DNA of 64,000 nt from an uncultured Verrucomicrobiae bacterium (GTDB lineage: Bacteria; Verrucomicrobiota; Verrucomicrobiia; Chthoniobacterales; UBA10450), in NCBI GenBank assembly GCA_963756875.1, contig CAVWPA010000003.1:896001-960000 (forward strand), given 5' to 3'. The notes under the pieces were generated by a model. The model saw only the letters and a list, made by a program, of their open reading frames with translations. It ran no database searches and had not been told where the DNA came from. How positions within the stretch are numbered: position 1 is the stretch's first letter; each line of letters opens with the position of its first letter. The position numbers and the translations under genes were made by a program. This document shows, in pieces, positions 10,663 through 20,899 of this stretch.

Positions 10663-11931
10663 CTAGAGTTCGTCGCGAATGATTTCAAAAATCTGCGTGT
10701 TGTCGATGCTTCCGTGTAGCATTTCCGTTCCGGGACCGTCGCCGAGCGCAACCACATCCTCCACGGTCTCCAGCGCCGATTTCGTGTAGAACGCCGCCGG
10801 TTCCAAATTTCCGGCTGCGGTATTTTCCGGGACTCCATTCTCACTGGGAGTTTTGGCCATGCCGTAAGAGCGCGTTCCCTTCGGCCCATTCGCCCAGGTA
10901 ATCCACGGTTGTCCGGCAGAGTTCAATCCAAGCAAAGCGAGGCCGCTATCTTTGCGAAATGGAAATCCATTGAGACTAAGGCCACCGATGGCAACGTCGC
11001 CGCAAACAATGATCGTCGATCCCGCGCCGGCGTAACTTCGCGCTACCGAGACGGCGCGGTCGAGCTCAGCCGTCTGGCTAAAAACCGTTTCCGCGTCGTT
11101 TTGCTCGGCCGCTTTTCGCATCAGACCGGCATCGACCACGAGGAGATATCCTCCAGGGTTGTATTGTAGCAGTTCGATCGCTCGCCGCACCATGTCCGAC
11201 AAACTCGGTTGATCGTTTCCCTGTTTGATTTGATTTGCAAATGCCAGGTTGCTCTGGCTGAAAACGCCGAAAAGTTTTGGACGGCGCCAGGCGGGAATCG
11301 CATCGAGTTCTGCGCGCGTCCGAACGATATCGAAACCGTTTCCGCGCAATTCCAGCAGAAGATCGCGGGCATCCTGCCTTTGCCCGTTTTTCGTTTCCGG
11401 AAGAAACTGGGCGCCGCCGCCGCCCAGCGCGATATCGATCTTTCCGCTCCCTGCCAGTTGCGCGGCGAGATTATCCTCATCGGCCGGGTCGGTGCTGTGA
11501 GCGTAAAAAGCCGCGCAGGTTGCATTGGTTAATTTCGCATTCGTTACCAGGCCGAGCGCGCGGCCATGGTCCCGCGCGAGATCCATGATGCTGGGAAGCG
11601 CCTTTTCATCGGTATCCATCGCGATCGAGCGGTTGTTCACTTTCTTGCCGGTCGCGATGGCACTGGCAGCGGCAGCTTGATCGCTCACTGCAAAATCCTT
11701 CGAATAATTGGTGATTAAGGCGACGTGGCTCATGGAGTCCAGAGCAAGACGCGCATCGGCGCCGCCTGTATAAACTCGAGTGGCCGCGAGACGTTCCGGG
11801 GCAAGCCCCTCCCCGATGAACAGAATGATCCCAAACGGCTTTTGTATGACCCAATGCTTGAAATAAAGAACGCCGAGACCGACGAACACAAAAAGACAAA
11901 AAAGTGCCAGGAGCTGGTTCCGCCACTTCAT
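10663..11931 (-). CDS. Membrane-anchored alkaline phosphatase homologue with a degenerate active site
   Basis: PhoA scaffold motifs are in order (IILFIGEG, SDQAAAASAIATGKK, GLVTN, LGGG, PSLSDM, GYLLVVD, EDV, IDNTQIF), with an N-terminal TM helix. Confidence 0.85.
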   Translation of the reverse strand: MKWRNQLLALFCLFVFVGLGVLYFKHWVIQKPFGIILFIGEGLAPERLAATRVYTGGADARLALDSMSHVALITNYSKDFAVSDQAAAASAIATGKKVNNRSIAMDTDEKALPSIMDLARDHGRALGLVTNAKLTNATCAAFYAHSTDPADEDNLAAQLAGSGKIDIALGGGGAQFLPETKNGQRQDARDLLLELRGNGFDIVRTRAELDAIPAWRRPKLFGVFSQSNLAFANQIKQGNDQPSLSDMVRRAIELLQYNPGGYLLVVDAGLMRKAAEQNDAETVFSQTAELDRAVSVARSYAGAGSTIIVCGDVAIGGLSLNGFPFRKDSGLALLGLNSAGQPWITWANGPKGTRSYGMAKTPSENGVPENTAAGNLEPAAFYTKSALETVEDVVALGDGPGTEMLHGSIDNTQIFEIIRDEL

Positions 11932-12025
11932 CTCGGCGAGTAGAAGCCGCGCGTGACTGTTGTCAATCCCGCAACCACGGGAAAGCGCTTGTCGATTCTG
12001 ATAACTGCCGCCAGAGTGCCCACGT

Positions 12026-13585
12026 ATGGCGGGACCGGTCATGCTGATCATTCGCGACGGTTGGGGGATTAATCCCGGCGGAAAAGCAAAGCGAGACGAA
12101 AACGGAGATGCTACTCTTCTCGCGCGAACGCCGTTTCACGACCGGCTCTATCGAGATTATCCGGGCAGTAATCTCAGCGCCAGTGGGCCCGACGTCGGTT
12201 TGCCCGAAGGACAAATGGGCAATTCCGAGGTGGGCCACCTTAATTTGGGCGCGGGCAGAATCGTTTACCAGGACCTGACTCGAATTAACAAGGCGATCGT
12301 CGACGGCGAGCTGGCTCACAATCGCGTTGCACAGGAAGCATTCGCGGCGGCCCGCGGTCATCGACTCCATCTGCTCGGACTTGTTTCGGACGGCGGCGTG
12401 CACAGCCACTACTTGCACATGATCGCTCTGGCCAATGCCGCCAGTGCGGCAGGCGTTGGGCAGATTTTTGTCCACGCCTTCACTGACGGGCGCGATTCGT
12501 CCCCGACGGGTGGATCGGATTTCCTGAAAATTTGCGAAAAGCAACTTCGCGCGAGCGGTGCGAAAATCGTCACGGTCGTAGGGCGCTATTTTGCAATGGA
12601 CCGCGATCGGCGCTGGGACCGAACCAAAAAAGCCTGGGATGCCATCGTTTTTGGTCGCGGCGAGATTTGCAAATCGTCGCCGGCCGAAGCGCTGGAGCGG
12701 CAATATAAGGCCGGCAAAACCGATGAATTCATGCCTCCGCTCATTTTTGCCCATGCGAACGAGCAGCGCATCCGCGACGGTGACACTGTTCTGTTTTTTA
12801 ATTTTCGCGCTGATCGTGCCCGGCAATTGTCGCAGGCTTTTCTGCTAAAAGATTTCGACGGTTTTGATCGTGGAGCGTGGCCACGAGTTCACTTTGTCTC
12901 GCTCACGCAATACGATGTGCGCTATGCCGCGCCGTTTGTTTTTGCGCCACAGGAACTGGCAAACATTCTCGGCGAAGTGGTGAGCGGGGCCGGCAAAACA
13001 CAGTTGCGTATCGCCGAGACGGAAAAATATGCGCACGTGACCTACTTTTTTAATGGCGGAGTTGAACGCCCGTTTCCCGGCGAAGACCGCAAACTGATCC
13101 CTTCGCCAAAGGTGGCCACCTACGACTTAAAACCGGAGATGAGCGCGTTTGAGGTGACCGACGAGCTGCTGGCTAACATGGCAAATTACGACTTGATCAT
13201 CCTGAATTTTGCCAACCCGGACATGGTGGGGCACACCGGAATTGTCGAAGCGGGGATCAAAGCGGTTGAAACAGTGGACGAATGTTGTTCGCGGATCATT
13301 CCCAGACTTCTCGATCTGGGCGGCAAATGCATCGTTACGGCCGATCACGGTAACTGCGAGCAAATGCGCAATCCGGACGGTTCACCTAACACAGCGCACA
13401 CGACAAACCTGGTGCATTTCGTGTATGTCGCCCAGGGCGCGGGAGAATTTCGCTGCGAGGATGGAATTCTTGCCGATGTTGCGCCAACACTTCTGTTTCT
13501 GCTTGGAATGGAGAAACCCGGCGAAATGACCGGCCGAAATTTGCTGGTACCGGTCAATCAGACGACTTCGGCCGCGGGCACCTGA
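12026..13585 (+). CDS. gpmI: 2,3-bisphosphoglycerate-independent phosphoglycerate mutase
   Basis: DGWG, GQMGNSEVGH, SDGGVHSH, GRYFAMDRD, AETEKYAHVTYFFNGG, NPDMVGHTG and ADHGN. Confidence 0.98.
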   Translation: MAGPVMLIIRDGWGINPGGKAKRDENGDATLLARTPFHDRLYRDYPGSNLSASGPDVGLPEGQMGNSEVGHLNLGAGRIVYQDLTRINKAIVDGELAHNRVAQEAFAAARGHRLHLLGLVSDGGVHSHYLHMIALANAASAAGVGQIFVHAFTDGRDSSPTGGSDFLKICEKQLRASGAKIVTVVGRYFAMDRDRRWDRTKKAWDAIVFGRGEICKSSPAEALERQYKAGKTDEFMPPLIFAHANEQRIRDGDTVLFFNFRADRARQLSQAFLLKDFDGFDRGAWPRVHFVSLTQYDVRYAAPFVFAPQELANILGEVVSGAGKTQLRIAETEKYAHVTYFFNGGVERPFPGEDRKLIPSPKVATYDLKPEMSAFEVTDELLANMANYDLIILNFANPDMVGHTGIVEAGIKAVETVDECCSRIIPRLLDLGGKCIVTADHGNCEQMRNPDGSPNTAHTTNLVHFVYVAQGAGEFRCEDGILADVAPTLLFLLGMEKPGEMTGRNLLVPVNQTTSAAGT

Positions 13586-13626
13586 TCGTCCTGTTAAAGA
13601 GCAGTCGCTTCTTTTCCCAGTCCAGA

Positions 13627-14355
13627 TTATCCAGCTTTAGCCCGGGTGGCCAGGATATCCTCAAACGTAATTTTTAACTCTTGATTTAAGAGACGCATGC
13701 CGGCAGCGGCGATTCGCTGCAAGAGGCGAAGCTGATTTTCCGGCGTTGTTTCCTGCCAGGTTGGCTTGCGCACCATGCTCAGGGCGCCGCCAGACTCGAT
13801 GAGCGCGCCCCAGCCAGCTGGAATTTCGGACTCGCGATACAACTTCCTGGGCAGGACAAGAAAGAATAAATTCGCGCATCGGTAGCGAAATAATTTCTCA
13901 AACTTCGTGCAGTCGAACAGCCGATTTTGCAATGCGGTCAGCTCGCGCGAAACGCGTGTGTAAGCGCTGTGTCTGATTGCCGCAAAGTCGTGCGAATCGA
14001 ATTCGGAAAACAAGGAATCGGGGATTCGAAGCTGCGGATAATGGATGCGCAGATTCTTTTCGAGGACCTGCCGTCTTTGGTAAACCTTTTCGAGCCGCTG
14101 GCGTGTCGCCGCGGTCGAGCCGTTGTCCCGCCGCAGGTCGACAAGGGCTTGTTTGCACTCGAAGACAGCTGTCGATCCCGTTTCGTTAGGCTTGGCCCGA
14201 TACGCGGCCAGATCGGCGCGGTACCGGCATCGGGGCAGGCTGACTTCAAGCGCGCAAGCGGAGTACCCATGCGCCTGGGCCCAGAGAAGCGCGCACCGCT
14301 TTAAATGCGCGTGGGCGGCGGTTTCCCCGCGGGGGCGAGTCAGGTCCGTGTCCAT
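13627..14355 (-). CDS. PD-(D/E)xK-fold protein (MmcB-like putative nuclease)
   Basis: H..LK, EV, RADL and FECKQ...DL.RD pattern plus P.GWG; overlaps the hemB stop. Confidence 0.6.
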   Translation of the reverse strand: MDTDLTRPRGETAAHAHLKRCALLWAQAHGYSACALEVSLPRCRYRADLAAYRAKPNETGSTAVFECKQALVDLRRDNGSTAATRQRLEKVYQRRQVLEKNLRIHYPQLRIPDSLFSEFDSHDFAAIRHSAYTRVSRELTALQNRLFDCTKFEKLFRYRCANLFFLVLPRKLYRESEIPAGWGALIESGGALSMVRKPTWQETTPENQLRLLQRIAAAGMRLLNQELKITFEDILATRAKAG

Positions 14356-15353
14356 TCCGCCAGCTCGCGGGCCCAATAGGTGACAATGATATCGGCGCCG
14401 GCGCGCTTGAGTGAAGTCATGATTTCAAGAACGACCGCCCGTTCGTCGACGAGTCCTTTTTCGGCAGCGACTTTGACCATCGCGTATTCACCGCTCACGT
14501 GATAAACGGCGGTGGGTTTGCCGAAACGCTCGCGAACTCGCCATAAGATGTCCATGTACGGCAACGCCGGTTTCACCATCACGATGTCGGCCCCTTCCTC
14601 GATATCCAACGCAACTTCGCGCAAGGCTTCCTCCGCATTGGCGAAATCCATTTGATACGAACGGCGATCACCGAATTGCGGCGGGCTCTCCGCCGCCTCG
14701 CGAAACGGGCCGTAAAAAGCCGACGCGAACTTGGCCGCGTAGCTCATGATTGCGGTCTGATCGAAACCGTTCGCATCGAGCTCATCGCGAATTGCTCCAA
14801 TGCGGCCATCCATCATGTCGCTTGGCGCGACGATGTCGGCGCCTGCTTTTGCGTGGGAGAGCGCGGTTTTGGCCAATAGCTCCACCGTCTCATCGTTCAA
14901 GACATGGAAATGATCGCCGTCGACGCGGGTTACGCCGCAATGACCGTGACTCATGTACTCACACAGACAAACATCGGTGATCGTGACCAGGTCGGGACAT
15001 TTCCCCTTGATCGCCCGGAGCGCCTGTTGCACGACTCCGTTCTCGGCATAGGCGCCGGTTGCCTGCTCGTCTTTCTTTTCGGGAATTCCGAAAAGCAGGA
15101 CGGCCTGGAGTCCCAAATCGCGAGCCCGCTTCGCCTCGTCGGCAATTTCGGTGAGCGAGAATTGAGAAACGCCCGCCATGCTTGTGACCGGCCGGGATTT
15201 TTTGATGGTTTCGCTGACAAACAGCGGCAGAACAAAATCGTGCGGATCCAGGCTTGTCTCGCGAACGAGATTGCGAAGAGCGGACGAGCGCCGCAACCGG
15301 CGTGGGCGATGGACCAGCTTCCTCACGGTGGCGAGGGTACCCGTTTGGCGCAT
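14340..15353 (-). CDS. hemB: Porphobilinogen synthase
   Basis: RPRRLR, DVCLCEYMSHGHCG, APSDMMDG, FYGPFREA, MVKPA and VSGEY. Confidence 0.98.
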   Translation of the reverse strand: MRQTGTLATVRKLVHRPRRLRRSSALRNLVRETSLDPHDFVLPLFVSETIKKSRPVTSMAGVSQFSLTEIADEAKRARDLGLQAVLLFGIPEKKDEQATGAYAENGVVQQALRAIKGKCPDLVTITDVCLCEYMSHGHCGVTRVDGDHFHVLNDETVELLAKTALSHAKAGADIVAPSDMMDGRIGAIRDELDANGFDQTAIMSYAAKFASAFYGPFREAAESPPQFGDRRSYQMDFANAEEALREVALDIEEGADIVMVKPALPYMDILWRVRERFGKPTAVYHVSGEYAMVKVAAEKGLVDERAVVLEIMTSLKRAGADIIVTYWARELAEWTRT

Positions 15354-15447
15354 GCGTCGCAAGTACGGTTGGCGGGCGCCGGCCGTGCTTGACGGCGCGC
15401 CGCGTTCACGCTAGCGCCGTGCTTGGCAATGGCTCTCTTCTTCTATT

Positions 15448-16194
15448 ATGAATCGAGCAACTGATTACCTGTTGGTGGATATCAGCAATTCATTCACCAA
15501 ACTGGCCTTTTCCTCGAAGACAAAAATTGATGGCTCCCGACGGGTGGCGACCGCGCGGTTCGACTCGAAGTTTTGTCGCGCGTTCATCGGTCGACGAGCG
15601 ATTGCCGGGGTGATGGCGTGCTCGGTCGTACCAAAAAAGAATCGCGAGCTGGAAAAGGCGGTTGGAAGAACAGAAGTAATGTGGCTTAAGCCGGGATTGA
15701 AACTCGGAGTTGGGATCGATTATCCGCGACCTGCGTCAATCGGGCCGGATCGGCTGGCCAACGCAGCCGCTGTTGCGGCGCTTTACGGTTGCCCCGCCAT
15801 TGTTGTCGATTTCGGAACGGCGGTGACGTTCGATATCGTTTCCGCGCAGAGAAATTACATCGGCGGAGTCATTGCGCCCGGGCTCGAGGCGATGACCACC
15901 TTTCTTTATCAGCGCACCGCCTTGTTGCCGAAGCTTTCCCTGAAAGAGCCGCGTCGAGCAATCGGGAGATCGACCGTCGAAGCGATGAGGGCCGGGGCGA
16001 TTTTTGGTTATCGCGGGCTGGTGCGCGAAATCATCGCCCAGATCAAGGCTGAACGATTCCCGCGTAAGAAAGTTCATGTGGTTGCGACCGGTGGATACGC
16101 GGGTTTGATCGCTGCCCGGCTGCGCGGCGTCGATGCGGTGCATCCAAATTTGACCTTGGAAGGTCTCCGGATTGTGGCGAATCTCAATTCCTGA
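15448..16194 (+). CDS. coaX: Type III pantothenate kinase
   Basis: VDISNS, GPDR, VVDFGTAVTFD, GGVIAPG, VATGG and LTLEGL. Confidence 0.93.
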   Translation: MNRATDYLLVDISNSFTKLAFSSKTKIDGSRRVATARFDSKFCRAFIGRRAIAGVMACSVVPKKNRELEKAVGRTEVMWLKPGLKLGVGIDYPRPASIGPDRLANAAAVAALYGCPAIVVDFGTAVTFDIVSAQRNYIGGVIAPGLEAMTTFLYQRTALLPKLSLKEPRRAIGRSTVEAMRAGAIFGYRGLVREIIAQIKAERFPRKKVHVVATGGYAGLIAARLRGVDAVHPNLTLEGLRIVANLNS

Positions 16195-16335
16195 TGTTGG
16201 TGGTTCGCTTGGTGATTACGCCTGCGAAGAATGGGGCCTGTCCGTACGGCGTGATTCTTGCTCCAAGCCACAAAAAATAATCTCAAAAATTTAGGCTTGT
16301 CATCAGGCGGCGGCGACGGTTTTATGGTGATTCGC

Positions 16336-19300
16336 ATGAAGACTCGGAAACTGGCAGTCATCGCAATTTTGGTACTGGGTTCCTTCGCTGCGGACAACGT
16401 TGCTCCCTCGAAGGCGGAACTGGAAGCAATGTATGACAAGGCTTTTCGCGCGTTCGACGCGAGTAATTTTTCGGAGGCCCTGAAGGACCTCGACGCGATC
16501 GATGCGCGGCAGCCCGATTTGGCCGAGTCGCAAAATCTGCGCGGCGTGATCCTCATGAGGGAAGGCATCTATGACAAGGCGGAAGCGGCGTTGCGTGAGG
16601 CGCTTCGGATCGACCCGAAATTTTGGAATGCGCGTTTCAATCTGGCCGAGATTCCGTTTCTGGAAAAGAACTGGCCGGAAGCGCGAAGTCGTTTTCAGGA
16701 TCTTCTTTCCAGCAACGCATCGGAACTGCAGGGGGAAGCGACTCAGCTGATCCAATATAAAATTCTCCTGACCTATCTATTGGAGGGGAAGGAGAACATG
16801 GTCGATGCGATCCTGGCCAAGTTCGAGCTCTCTCCCGATACGCCGGCAGTTCATTATGCCAATGCCGCCATTGCCCTGCAGCGCAAAGACAACAAGGAAG
16901 CCAAGAGTTGGATGGAGGCGGCCGAGAAGAATTTCTCTCCGCAACTAAATAAGCTTTTTGCCGAATCCCTTTACGAAGTGGGTTGGCTGGAAAAACAAGC
17001 CGGCCAGGGCCGCGCGGCTCTCGAAATTTCGTCGCCGGCGGAGCGCGCCGCAAAGATGAAAGCGTTCGCCCAGTCGCGATTTGAGCAAGCGCAGCAGGCG
17101 CTGGAGCACCACGACCTGGTGGCGGCGGCCAAATTTATCGATGACGCGAACACGGCCGCTCCGAATGAAGCGCGTATTCTCAACCTGCGCGGCGAGATTT
17201 TGATGGAGCAGAAAGAGTTCGACAAAGCCGAGGCCGAATTCAAGCAAGCGTTGAAGGTGAATCCGAAATACCGGGAGGCGCAGTACAATCTCGCGCAGGT
17301 TCCGTTTAAGCAAAAAGAGTACACCAAGGCGCGCGAACGTTTTGAGGCGCTGTTCACCAAGACCCCCGGAGGTGAAAAAAATCAGGCCGCGGATCTCATC
17401 AAATTCAAGATTTACATGACCCTTTTGCTCGAGGGCAAGGAAAGCCGCGCGCAAAGGATGATGGAGCAATTTCAGTTTACCGGCGATACGCCGGCCCTGT
17501 ATTACGCGCAGGCGGCCTGGGAGTTTAAGCATAATAATCCCACCAAAGCGAATGACTGGATCGCGTCGGCCAAGAAGATTTATTCGCCGGCTCTCAACTC
17601 GATTTTTGGCGATGCCTTTTACGACCTTGGCTGGGTCCAAGGCCCCGCTTTGGCGCAAATGTCCCCGGCGCCGGCAACCGAGGCTGCCGTGGCAATGGAA
17701 TCGGCGCCGACCGAATCGAGCCCTGCAATCGAGCCGAGTCCCATTCCTGGCGCTTCCCTTGCGAAGAAGGCGTCGTCGAAAGAATCGGTGGCTGCAGTGT
17801 CACCTGTCGCCAGCCCAGTCGTCGCTGGCGGAGAAACAAGCACTTCAACAGCTGTTGCCAGCGAGGCTATGGCGGCTGGAACGCCTGTAAAGCCGGAAGA
17901 AATTCCCACCGCGCCGGTGCCGAACTTGTCGCCCGTCGTGGAAACCCCGGTTGCTGCCGAAGCCTCACCAGCTTCGTCTGCGGTTCCAACAAAGCCGGCT
18001 ATCGCTGTTGAGTCGAACCCCGCTTCTTCGCCAGCCGAGGCGGTGGCGATGGCTTCGGCCAGTCCGGCGGCGGCCACCGTGGCTGCAATTGCTTCCGCTA
18101 CGCCGGCAACGGCCCTCGCACCGCAGCGCATCGGTGAACTGGGACACTCGGCGCCGCATTCAGGATTCGGCCTGGCGTGGTTGATTGGCGGGTTGGTTCT
18201 GGCCGGCATCGCCTTATTGGCTTGGGTTTTCGTGCCAGAAATCCGCCGCCGCGGCCTCCATTTCCCAGCTTTCCGTCGCGCCGCACCGGCTACAGGCCCT
18301 GGAATCGGCGAAGTCAGTATCCCTGCTGCCGCACCGGTTCAAAAGCAGATGAAGGTAAACACTCGCCTTCCTGGCGGACCGCGTCAGGTTTCGTTACGAC
18401 TAAAGGCTTCCGAGCCTTCGCTGCGGCGTGCGGTGATTCCCTCGGCCAAGCCGAGTCGCGGGTTCGCGCCTCCTGACGAGCCGGCGGTTGAACGAAATGG
18501 CAAACCCGAAACCGAGGTCGAGGTGAAAGCATTCACGCCTCCGCCTTCGGAGCGCGTTTTTGAATCAGTTGGGCCGGTGATCGAGCAAGACGCAATGGCA
18601 TTCATGCCGGAGGCCGTCTCCGAGCCCGAGGCATTCCCGGTAGTCGAGGAGCCGCATACTGCTCCGATTGCTGAAGAAGCGCCATCGCTGGACGTCGCGG
18701 AACCGGTTTTTGCGCACGCAGCATCAATCGCCGAGCCCGAAGTGGAAAGCGAGGCTGAACCAATCGGCCAGGGGCAACCAATTCCGCAGTTGACGCCAGT
18801 AATAGGAAGTGAACCTTACACTCCTGAGATCGTTACCGAACCCGAACCACAGCCCGCTGCATTTGGCGAATTTGGCTCAATTATCGAGCCGCCGCCTTTC
18901 GAGCAGAGCGCTGTTTTCACCGAGCCATTTATTTCGCAACCAATAACACCTGCAACCATGCCCGAACCTACTCAAACACCAACTGCTCCAGTAGTTAGAA
19001 CCTCCGCTCCCGGTGGCGCGCCGCAGTCCGGCTCCATGCAAACGGCCGTGCAACTGACCTTCGCCTTCGAGATCGCATCGATGCAACTTACACCCACGTT
19101 CAAGATGGGCGCCGTGCAGTTGCGTCCTTCGTCCAAGATCGTCTCGATGCGCCTTGCGCCCTCACAGCATCCGCAACCGGCAATGAATCTTCAGGTCAAC
19201 TTCGAGATCTCGAAAATTCAACCTTCCGGCGGAGCGCTCGGCAGCATCCGGCTCACGCCTTCGCAGCAACAGCGGCCGGCCGCCGCCGGTTCGCCCTCGT

Positions 19301-19620
19301 TCACAGTCGCGGGATTGCAGCTTGTTTCAGATTTTGCGGCCGCTCCGCTTCAATTGACTCCGTCGCAACAGACCCATACCTCGGTTCTTGTCTCAGCGCC
19401 GTTCCAAATTGCCACGGTGGATTTTTCGCCTTCGTTCGAAATCGCTTCCATCGTTCTCAACTCGAATTCGAAACAGGTCTCCGTCCAGTTGCCCGGCGCC
19501 GCAGCAGGGGTGATCGAAGGAGCTCCGATCTTCGAGATTGCCAATCTGCAGCTGACCGGAACCGGCGATATTGGAATGATGCAATTGCATCTCGTCGGCC
19601 ACGGGCCCAAGCGCGGATAA
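16336..19620 (+). CDS. Large membrane protein: duplicated TPR module, Ala/Pro linker, TM helix, acidic region, C-terminal repeat domain
   Basis: Signal peptide; two similar TPR blocks ending LYEVGWL and FYDLGWV; TM GLAWLIGGLVLAGIALLAWVFV; about five FEIA-like repeats. Confidence 0.85.
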   Translation: MKTRKLAVIAILVLGSFAADNVAPSKAELEAMYDKAFRAFDASNFSEALKDLDAIDARQPDLAESQNLRGVILMREGIYDKAEAALREALRIDPKFWNARFNLAEIPFLEKNWPEARSRFQDLLSSNASELQGEATQLIQYKILLTYLLEGKENMVDAILAKFELSPDTPAVHYANAAIALQRKDNKEAKSWMEAAEKNFSPQLNKLFAESLYEVGWLEKQAGQGRAALEISSPAERAAKMKAFAQSRFEQAQQALEHHDLVAAAKFIDDANTAAPNEARILNLRGEILMEQKEFDKAEAEFKQALKVNPKYREAQYNLAQVPFKQKEYTKARERFEALFTKTPGGEKNQAADLIKFKIYMTLLLEGKESRAQRMMEQFQFTGDTPALYYAQAAWEFKHNNPTKANDWIASAKKIYSPALNSIFGDAFYDLGWVQGPALAQMSPAPATEAAVAMESAPTESSPAIEPSPIPGASLAKKASSKESVAAVSPVASPVVAGGETSTSTAVASEAMAAGTPVKPEEIPTAPVPNLSPVVETPVAAEASPASSAVPTKPAIAVESNPASSPAEAVAMASASPAAATVAAIASATPATALAPQRIGELGHSAPHSGFGLAWLIGGLVLAGIALLAWVFVPEIRRRGLHFPAFRRAAPATGPGIGEVSIPAAAPVQKQMKVNTRLPGGPRQVSLRLKASEPSLRRAVIPSAKPSRGFAPPDEPAVERNGKPETEVEVKAFTPPPSERVFESVGPVIEQDAMAFMPEAVSEPEAFPVVEEPHTAPIAEEAPSLDVAEPVFAHAASIAEPEVESEAEPIGQGQPIPQLTPVIGSEPYTPEIVTEPEPQPAAFGEFGSIIEPPPFEQSAVFTEPFISQPITPATMPEPTQTPTAPVVRTSAPGGAPQSGSMQTAVQLTFAFEIASMQLTPTFKMGAVQLRPSSKIVSMRLAPSQHPQPAMNLQVNFEISKIQPSGGALGSIRLTPSQQQRPAAAGSPSFTVAGLQLVSDFAAAPLQLTPSQQTHTSVLVSAPFQIATVDFSPSFEIASIVLNSNSKQVSVQLPGAAAGVIEGAPIFEIANLQLTGTGDIGMMQLHLVGHGPKRG

Positions 19621-19712
19621 GTCGATCTGGGTCGATTATAAGATTCTAAGATTCCGCGCGCCCAGCCTGGGCTTTCTGTACGCTCGCTCCGCGAAGCGCT
19701 CGAGCGCCCGCG

Positions 19713-20840
19713 TTAGGATGTCGACCGGCGCGTCGCGAAATGACTGCGATTGAGAGACCGCAGTTGTTTGGGCACAAACTCACCGTCGCGGCGGATCAGT
19801 TTGCCGTCGAAGTATATCTCGCCTCCGCCGTAATCGGGGCGCTGGATGTTCACCAGGTCCCAATGAATCTGACTTCGGTTCCCGTTGTCCGCTTCATCGT
19901 ACGCCTGACCGGGCGTAAAGTGAAACGAACCCGCGATTTTCTCATCAAACAGAATGTCCCGCATCGGTTGTAGAATATAGGGATTGAATCCGAAAGAGAA
20001 TTCCCCGATGTAACGGGCGCCCGGATCCGAATCGAGAATCTTATTCAGTTTCTCGGTTTGATTGCTGGTCGCGTCGACAATCTTGCCCTCACGAAATTCA
20101 AGGCGAATCCCATCAAACCCGATGCCTTGATAAATCGTCGGAGCATTGAAGGTGACGTGCCCGTTCACGGAGTTCTTGACCGGACAACTGAAAACTTCGC
20201 CGTCTGGAATATTGCGATCGCCACCGCAAATGATCGCCGGAATCCCCTTAATGCTGAACAGCAAATCAGTTCCCGGACCTTTGATTTTCACGCGATCCGT
20301 TTTTTCCATCAAACTTTTGAGCGCCTTCATCCCCGGCTGCAATTTCCGGTAGTCCAGCGTGCAAACTTGGAAAAAGAAGTCCTCGAAAGCTTCCGTGCTC
20401 ATCGAGGCCAGTTGCGCCATTGACGGAGTGGGCCAGCGCAATACGACCCACTTTGTTTTTTTAACTCGCTGGTCCTGCACCGGCCGCATTTTTTTTGCAA
20501 TCAACCGCATTCGCCCGGCCGACACATCGGAGAATTCGGTAATGTTATTGCTCCCGCGCAACGCGATGTACGCATCCATCTTCTTCATGCGCGCCAATTC
20601 ATGCTGTGCCGCAACGCTTAATTGGCCCTCGGATGCCTCAAGCGCCATCTCGCGATTCACTTTTGCTCGCTGGATTTGCACAAATGGAATTGCCCGTGCC
20701 TTTCGCACTGCACGAATCAGCGCAATCGTCATTTCGTCGGGCACATCGAAAGCTTCGATCAAGACGGTCTCGTTCCGCTTCAAACGGGTCGAGTATTCCA
20801 CCAGCAGTTTTGCAAGCTTGTCGAAACGCGCGTCGTGCAT
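19713..20840 (-). CDS. M29 aminopeptidase (AmpS/PepS family)
   Basis: [26 protein letters not shown] and S.IHWD. Confidence 0.93.
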   Translation of the reverse strand: MHDARFDKLAKLLVEYSTRLKRNETVLIEAFDVPDEMTIALIRAVRKARAIPFVQIQRAKVNREMALEASEGQLSVAAQHELARMKKMDAYIALRGSNNITEFSDVSAGRMRLIAKKMRPVQDQRVKKTKWVVLRWPTPSMAQLASMSTEAFEDFFFQVCTLDYRKLQPGMKALKSLMEKTDRVKIKGPGTDLLFSIKGIPAIICGGDRNIPDGEVFSCPVKNSVNGHVTFNAPTIYQGIGFDGIRLEFREGKIVDATSNQTEKLNKILDSDPGARYIGEFSFGFNPYILQPMRDILFDEKIAGSFHFTPGQAYDEADNGNRSQIHWDLVNIQRPDYGGGEIYFDGKLIRRDGEFVPKQLRSLNRSHFATRRSTS

Positions 20841-20899
20841 AGGAAATAACGATTCCATCGACGGCGCCGGATGCAACCAGCGATTCGCCGATGGGCTGC

